Origin: Pirellulaceae bacterium
GTDB lineage: Bacteria > Planctomycetota > Planctomycetia > Pirellulales > Pirellulaceae
NCBI GenBank assembly: GCA_051010855.1
Contig: JBPCVB010000751.1
Coordinates: 1 to 31,705, forward strand
Direction of reading: 5' to 3'
Length of the DNA: 31,705 bases
The notes under the pieces are model-generated. The model did no database searches, had not been told where the DNA came from, and worked only from the letters and a program-made list of their open reading frames with translations. Below, in pieces: positions 27,310 to 31,705 of the stretch (its first letter is position 1; each line of letters opens with the position of its first letter). The position numbers and the translations under genes are program-made.

Positions 27310-28983
27310 CTAAAAGCCTTTCGCCGTCCCCTCGCCGCGTGGATCAGCAGCTCCGGCATAGTACCACCCGTTACCGTCCGCATCCCGGATCAATCGCAGT
27401 CCCTGAGCGTTGCCCAGGCCGCCAACCATTTGAATCTCGTGGCCACGTCGCTTTAGTTCTTCGACAACTGAATCTGCAATCGTGTTTTCTACCAGTAAAC
27501 GATTGGGATCCATAAAACTCACCCGCGGCGCGGCAATCGCATCCTCAATCGTCATGTCAAAGTCGACCAGATTCATGACCATTTGCGGAACGGTTTGCCC
27601 GATCGTGTGACCGCCGGGTGTTCCCAGCGCGGCCCATGGTTTGCTGTCGCGAAAGATGATGGTGGGGCAATCGCCAGACAGCTTGCGCTGCCCCGGTTTG
27701 GCGTCCATCGGATTGCCTGCCGGTTCAAACGTGCAATAAGCCAGTGAATTGTTGAACCAGATGCCGGTTCCCGGCGGCATAATGCGACTGCCAAACAGGT
27801 TACCCAGCGTCTGGGTAGCCGAAACGATGTTGCCATGACGGTCAGCAACCACGAAGTGCGTTGTGTTGTCGCTGGTCGGTGCTGCTAATCCGGGCGGCTC
27901 AAATACCGTCGCCTGGTCGGCATCGATCTTGTCGACCTCCGTCTGCCAGTACTCTTTTGAAAACAGCAGATCCAGCGGCGGCGGCTGGATTTCCGGATCA
28001 CCCGCGTACTTGAGTCGGCACCAGAACGCGTGTTTCGTGATTTCAGCAAAGTAATGCAGATAGTCCACGCCGTTGTGTCCAAAGTCCCTGCCTTCGATGG
28101 AACGATCAACACAACTCATCATGCCCAGACGAATCAACGACGGGAAAGCGGTTGCGGGTGGTGACGCCGTGTAAACCTGCACCCCGTGATAATCGATCTC
28201 GGCTGGTTCCCACCACTCGGCACGATCGGCACGAAGATCCTCAATGGACAAAAAGCTTCCGCGCACCTGCATCTCTTCATGAATTTGCTCAGCCAGTTCT
28301 CCATCGTAGAAAACACGCGCACCCTGATCGGCCACCAGCCGCAATGAACCGGCCAGATCAGCCTGCACCAGCAAGTCGCCTTCGCGAATTCGCTTGCCGT
28401 CAACCGAGTAAATCGCTTTGGCATGGTCGGGAAAACTGCGGTACGAATAGGCGACCATCTGTTCCAGACGTTCGGTTACGGTGAATCCGTTCTCGGCAAC
28501 TTCGATCGCGGGTTGAAACAGTTCGGCCCATTCAAGTTCACCGTATTCCTGAGACATGGCCTGCCACGCATTCACATTGCCCGGCGTGGAGACCGATTTG
28601 GGGCCAGTGCGGTTGTCTTCGTAGCCAGGCGTCGGCTCGCGAAACACATCCGAGTCCACAGCCATCGGGATCTTGCCGCTGGAATCCAGAAACTGGACCT
28701 GCTTCGATTTGGCGTCGTAAATCAGGATCGTGCCGTAGCCACCCATCCCCGAATTCATCGGCTCGACGACGTTCAGAGTCGCTGCGATGGCAACCGCCGC
28801 ATCAAAAGCGTTTCCGCCATCCTGTAAAACCTTGACCCCCGCCTCGGTCGCCAGCGGATGCGCCGAGCTGACCATGTTCAGCGGTCGCGGCGTCGCGACA
28901 TCGTCCTGGGCACCAACGTCAGAGCCCAGCCACGAACCGATCAACACAGTGATCAAGCAAACTCTCAGGCAACGACAGCGCAT
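27310..28983 (-). CDS. Gamma-glutamyltransferase-family Ntn hydrolase, secreted
   Basis: MVSSAHPLATEAG..GGNAFDAAVA, VVEPMNSGMGG, nucleophile site DN/TTHFVVAD, GTPGG, GAADPRGEG; signal peptide; start moved to ATG 28983 behind SD GGAGA. Confidence 0.93.
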   Translation of the reverse strand: MRCRCLRVCLITVLIGSWLGSDVGAQDDVATPRPLNMVSSAHPLATEAGVKVLQDGGNAFDAAVAIAATLNVVEPMNSGMGGYGTILIYDAKSKQVQFLDSSGKIPMAVDSDVFREPTPGYEDNRTGPKSVSTPGNVNAWQAMSQEYGELEWAELFQPAIEVAENGFTVTERLEQMVAYSYRSFPDHAKAIYSVDGKRIREGDLLVQADLAGSLRLVADQGARVFYDGELAEQIHEEMQVRGSFLSIEDLRADRAEWWEPAEIDYHGVQVYTASPPATAFPSLIRLGMMSCVDRSIEGRDFGHNGVDYLHYFAEITKHAFWCRLKYAGDPEIQPPPLDLLFSKEYWQTEVDKIDADQATVFEPPGLAAPTSDNTTHFVVADRHGNIVSATQTLGNLFGSRIMPPGTGIWFNNSLAYCTFEPAGNPMDAKPGQRKLSGDCPTIIFRDSKPWAALGTPGGHTIGQTVPQMVMNLVDFDMTIEDAIAAPRVSFMDPNRLLVENTIADSVVEELKRRGHEIQMVGGLGNAQGLRLIRDADGNGWYYAGAADPRGEGTAKGF

Positions 28984-29111
28984 ATTCAGTTCTCCAGTCA
29001 AATTCGTGGGTCGACATCATTGTGACGTCCAGACTGGTCAATGGGAAATCGCACCACAGATTTGGCGGTTGACAACACCCAGCCTGTTTCACGAGGGCTA
29101 TTACGCCGCGA

Positions 29112-29202
29112 CAATTTTTTAATTTGCAATTTTCATTTTTCAATTTGCATTATGATGGCCACCGTCACACCGAAACATGCCCGCGATCAGCGCGGACAAG
29201 GC
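29112..29202. repeat. Composite element B: ATTTGCA tract plus REP-like hairpin
   Basis: CAATTTTTTAATTTGCAATTTTCATTTTTCAATTTGCATT...ACCGTCAC-A-CCGAAA-CATGCCCGCG-ATCAG-CGCGGACAAG-GC. Confidence 0.8.
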
Positions 29203-29268
29203 GGCCGGCCTCCAGCCTGGGACAAGAAGTCTATTGCGCCCCCACCCACAACAAGCTGTGGCACGGCT

Positions 29269-29360
29269 CAATTCGCAATTTGCAATTTTCATTTTCAATT
29301 TGCAATAGACACGGACCCTCACGCCGAAGCAAGCTCACGACCAGCGTCGGCATGGCGCCC
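29269..29360. repeat. Composite element C: ATTTGCA tract plus REP-like hairpin
   Basis: CAATTCGCAATTTGCAATTTTCATTTTCAATTTGCAAT...ACCCTCAC-G-CCGAAG-CAAGCTCACG-ACCAG-CGTCGGCATG-GCGCCC; hairpin starts 154 nt after that of copy B. Confidence 0.8.
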
Positions 29361-29377
29361 ACCGTTTCGAGATTTCC

Positions 29378-30316
29378 CTAGTACAGTACGCCATCCACTG
29401 GTTTAAGCGATTCCGGCAGTTCCGTTTCGCCCAGCATTTGTTTGATATTGATTTCGATCGTGCGTGACAGGGTCAGCATCGGCGTGTCCGAGGGATGGCC
29501 GTCAAACGGGTCTTGCAGGAACAGCGCAACCCGGTCGATTAACAGGAAGGCAAACGACAGGGAAATGGAAGTGGCAATGAGTGCTCCGGCCGGGACATTG
29601 ACCAGACCAAATGGAATCAGGATGACGAACAAATAGATCAGTATGTTAACCATTCGGCTGTAGGAAGTGGGAAAAACCGTGTTCTTGATACGCTCGCAGC
29701 CTCCCATCGAATCAGTCAGGCGTTTTAGCGTGCGCTCGAGCTCGACATACGAAAACAGTTCGAGCCGCTCGCTTGAGTACAAGTCTCTCAATTCCCGGCC
29801 TTGCCGCAACAAGATTGCATTGGGGACGTTTTGGCTTTCCCCGTAGGCCTCGATCTCGGACGCGTCTAGCAATCCCGCAAGGTCTTGAGTCGGGTCCTGG
29901 CCCCGCAAGCTCCGACTTAATGCGTAGCACCAGGCGATCTGCCGCTTGGCCATGCCGCGCAATTCGGTTCCAGGTTCCGCCGGTGGATTGGTTTTTCCGG
30001 GATCGTGGAACTCGAGCAGTTGTCGAACCCACGTGCGCGAATCGTTAACGATCGCGCCCCAAATCGTGCGGGCTTCCCACCAGCGGTCATAACTGCAGTT
30101 GGTACGAAACGCCAACAACAAACCGATCACCGTTGCGGTCGCGATCACAATGGAGACGGGAAAGTTATAGATTTCCAGATGGTATTGAATATCGAGCCAG
30201 GAAATGACACTTGCATAAATGGCAATCACCAGCAGGTGAAAACGCAATCCGCGCATTATTCCCAACAGCGGCTTGAAGGATCCGGTAACCATGTTCCTCA
30301 ACGGTTTGATGAACAA
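29378..30316 (-). CDS. Bestrophin-family (YneE-like) ion channel
   Basis: GLLLAFRTNCSYDRWWEARTIWGAIVNDSR, GGCERIKNTVFP, LQDPF motifs. TTG start at 30316; ATG at 30292 is an alternative. Confidence 0.92.
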   Translation of the reverse strand: MFIKPLRNMVTGSFKPLLGIMRGLRFHLLVIAIYASVISWLDIQYHLEIYNFPVSIVIATATVIGLLLAFRTNCSYDRWWEARTIWGAIVNDSRTWVRQLLEFHDPGKTNPPAEPGTELRGMAKRQIAWCYALSRSLRGQDPTQDLAGLLDASEIEAYGESQNVPNAILLRQGRELRDLYSSERLELFSYVELERTLKRLTDSMGGCERIKNTVFPTSYSRMVNILIYLFVILIPFGLVNVPAGALIATSISLSFAFLLIDRVALFLQDPFDGHPSDTPMLTLSRTIEINIKQMLGETELPESLKPVDGVLY

Positions 30317-30403
30317 GAATTGAGAGTTACGTGCTGCGGGCTATTGTTATTGCACCAATGTCTAACATCAACTGACCAAAATCCGGGTCAGCTGGAGGTG
30401 GCG

Positions 30404-30442
30404 AACGGCAGAGTATCGAACAAGGAATGTCCAGGGCAGAGG
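30404..30442 (+). repeat. 39-nt dispersed block, copy 2
   Basis: AACGGCAGAGTATCGAACAAGGAATGTCCAGGGCAGAGG; 31/39 identical to 31543-31581 by manual alignment. Confidence 0.8.
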
Positions 30443-30509
30443 TGGCGTGCCGCCTCCGCGCAGGACTGGGAGGCCGAATCGGGGGGACAAACGGGGCGGT
30501 TAGGGTTGC

Positions 30510-30534
30510 CAATTCTCATTTTGCAATATGCATT
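30510..30534. repeat. ATTT(G/T)CA heptamer tract, degenerate
   Basis: CAATTCTCATTTTGCAATATGCATT, 65 nt beyond the aquaporin stop. Confidence 0.65.
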
Positions 30535-30599
30535 ACAGCAGCGTGCAGATTCCGTCGCCGGATGCCACTGGCGTAACCTGCTCGACCAGTGCCATGCTG

Positions 30600-31301
30600 T
30601 TACGCCTGGTCCTTTTCCGTCGTAATCGTCGCCTCCTGCAGCTTGAATACAGCCACGGCAAGCAGACCTCCGACAAACGGTCCGATGGTGTGCAAAATGA
30701 TGTTTTGCAGGGCTTCAGGAGTTCCGCCAAGTGTGCCCTTGATCAAGTTGGGACCGATGCCCACGGCCGGGTTGAAGGCACCGCCCGAAATATGCCCGCC
30801 GGCAAAAGCGCCCACCACGACAGTGAATCCGATTGCCAGGCCAAAATAGGAATTGCCTTCTGTGCCTTCCGAAGTCGCGGTGTTCAACACCACCAGACAC
30901 AACGCGAAAGTGAACAGAATCTCGATGATCCACACGCCGGGACTGGACAATTGAAAACCCTCGCCCGGCGCCGGACCAAAGTACTGGGGAATCTCATTGC
31001 CGTCGACCACCAGCCCGGCCGGGATGATGAAGCTGACCACTAGCGCCGCAACGATCGCCCCGGCAACCTGTGCTACCCAGTAAGGGACCAGTTCCGTCAC
31101 CTTCAGGGCGCCGCGCAGCATGGCTGACAGGGAAACCGCCGGATTGTAGTGGCCGCCAGAGATGTGACCGCCCATATAAACCATGATCATCAACGAGCAA
31201 CCGATCGCCAGGGGGGCCAGAGCTACGTTATAGGTGACACATAACCCGATGGTGAGAACCAGAAAAAACGTGCCGATGAATTCAGTGAGATACCTGGACA
31301 T
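30600..31301 (-). CDS. Aquaporin / MIP-family channel with NPA-V second motif
   Basis: 233 aa; YLTEFIGTFFLV, GGHISGGHYNPAV, EILFTFALCLVV, GGAFNPAVGIGP; SD GGAG. Confidence 0.95.
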   Translation of the reverse strand: MSRYLTEFIGTFFLVLTIGLCVTYNVALAPLAIGCSLMIMVYMGGHISGGHYNPAVSLSAMLRGALKVTELVPYWVAQVAGAIVAALVVSFIIPAGLVVDGNEIPQYFGPAPGEGFQLSSPGVWIIEILFTFALCLVVLNTATSEGTEGNSYFGLAIGFTVVVGAFAGGHISGGAFNPAVGIGPNLIKGTLGGTPEALQNIILHTIGPFVGGLLAVAVFKLQEATITTEKDQA

Positions 31302-31440
31302 GATTGCTCCGTTAGGTCGGTGGAGGGCTGATGAGAGGAGACGACGGGGCAGTTATACCGGTATCCGTCCGTCGTTGCCACAATCAGTTCGTCGGGAGGA
31401 TCCACATGCGGGACATGAAACTGTCCGGGCCAGGGGGGAA

Positions 31441-31503
31441 TAGGTAGTAGGTAGTAGGTGATAGGTAGTAGGTGATAGGTAGCAGGTGATAGGTAGCAGG
31501 TGG
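31441..31503. repeat. Heptamer tandem repeat YAGGTRR x9
   Basis: TAGGTAG TAGGTAG TAGGTGA TAGGTAG TAGGTGA TAGGTAG CAGGTGA TAGGTAG CAGGTGG. Confidence 0.92.
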
Positions 31504-31506
31504 CAC

Positions 31507-31540
31507 TCCCCCCTTTTTCAAAGGGGGGGTTGAGGGGGTT
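31507..31540. repeat. GC-rich hairpin element
   Basis: C-run + TTTTTCAAA + G-run + TTGAGGGGGTT; C and G runs are complementary; same overall layout (stem-loop then G-rich tail) as 26170-26213. Confidence 0.6.
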
Positions 31541-31542
31541 CA

Positions 31543-31581
31543 AACCGCAGAATATCGAACACAGAATTTCGAAGGCAGAAG
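31543..31581 (+). repeat. 39-nt dispersed block, copy 3
   Basis: AACCGCAGAATATCGAACACAGAATTTCGAAGGCAGAAG; internal 7-nt periodicity GCAGAAT ATCGAAC ACAGAAT TTCGAAG GCAGAAG. Confidence 0.85.
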
Positions 31582-31650
31582 TTTGTACAGGTTGTGGGTT
31601 ATAGAAGGCAGGTTGCAGGCAGTCGACGGTTGACAACAATTTCGCGAAGC

Positions 31651-31689
31651 CAATTTGCAATTTGCACTTTTCATTCTGCAATTTGCATT
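31651..31689. repeat. ATTT(G/T)CA heptamer tract
   Basis: CAATTTGCAATTTGCACTTTTCATTCTGCAATTTGCATT near the right edge. Confidence 0.8.
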
Positions 31690-31705
31690 ACCTCAGCGCA
31701 TGCCG

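Noticed and set aside
29260-29278. TGGCACG as a sigma54 -24 element
   Set aside because: No TTGC at the required spacing (TGGCACG-GCTC-AATT).
26281-29360. Hairpin repeats as a CRISPR array or integron attC sites
   Set aside because: Only three degenerate copies at irregular spacing, no cas genes, and no RYYYAAC/GTTRRRY core pair or integrase visible.
28919-29406. Short ORFs such as MKNENCKLKNC and FAICNFHFQFAI (also 31223..31681)
   Set aside because: Translations of the heptamer repeats, not proteins.
30533-30595. 20-codon ORF MALVEQVTPVASGDGICTLL just after the aquaporin
   Set aside because: No SD, and its 3' end matches the tail of the composite repeat also present at 31686-31699, so it is probably non-coding.
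31688-31705. Possible 3' end of a minus-strand gene (RHALR-stop)
   Set aside because: Only six codons are visible and they overlap the repeat tail; cannot be supported without the flanking sequence.

Overview
Chromosomal segment of a moderately GC-rich bacterium, most likely a planctomycete (Pirellulales-like; inferred from the gene families, not from a marker search). Left to right: a truncated secreted protein missing from the ORF track; a pqiA-pqiB-like MCE lipid-transport pair; a PEP-CTERM surface protein with a 501-nt internal repeat; a CBS protein; an AraC/GyrI regulator coupled to an exported TPR-like protein ending in CXXCH; prfB with its programmed +1 frameshift; a five-gene unit of an intact PilT-type ATPase, two GspE/PilB-like proteins with degenerate ATP-binding motifs (one membrane-anchored), a CvpA-like protein and a membrane protein; fabI; a GAF sigma54 activator; rplU; a GlpG-like rhomboid; a GAF-HlyD fusion plus a second HlyD with no pump nearby; and four minus-strand accessory genes (cyclase-family amidohydrolase, GGT-like hydrolase, bestrophin, aquaporin). 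Every spacer among those last genes is built from shared repeat modules: ATTTGCA heptamer tracts, a 39-nt block, REP-like hairpins and GC-rich hairpins. Best candidates for undescribed biology are the PilT plus twin pseudo-ATPase operon, the modular repeat system at 26.2-31.7 kb, and the terminal-CXXCH TPR protein. No rRNA, tRNA, CRISPR array, transposase or integrase was seen. All homology calls come from motif recognition by eye; no database search was run.
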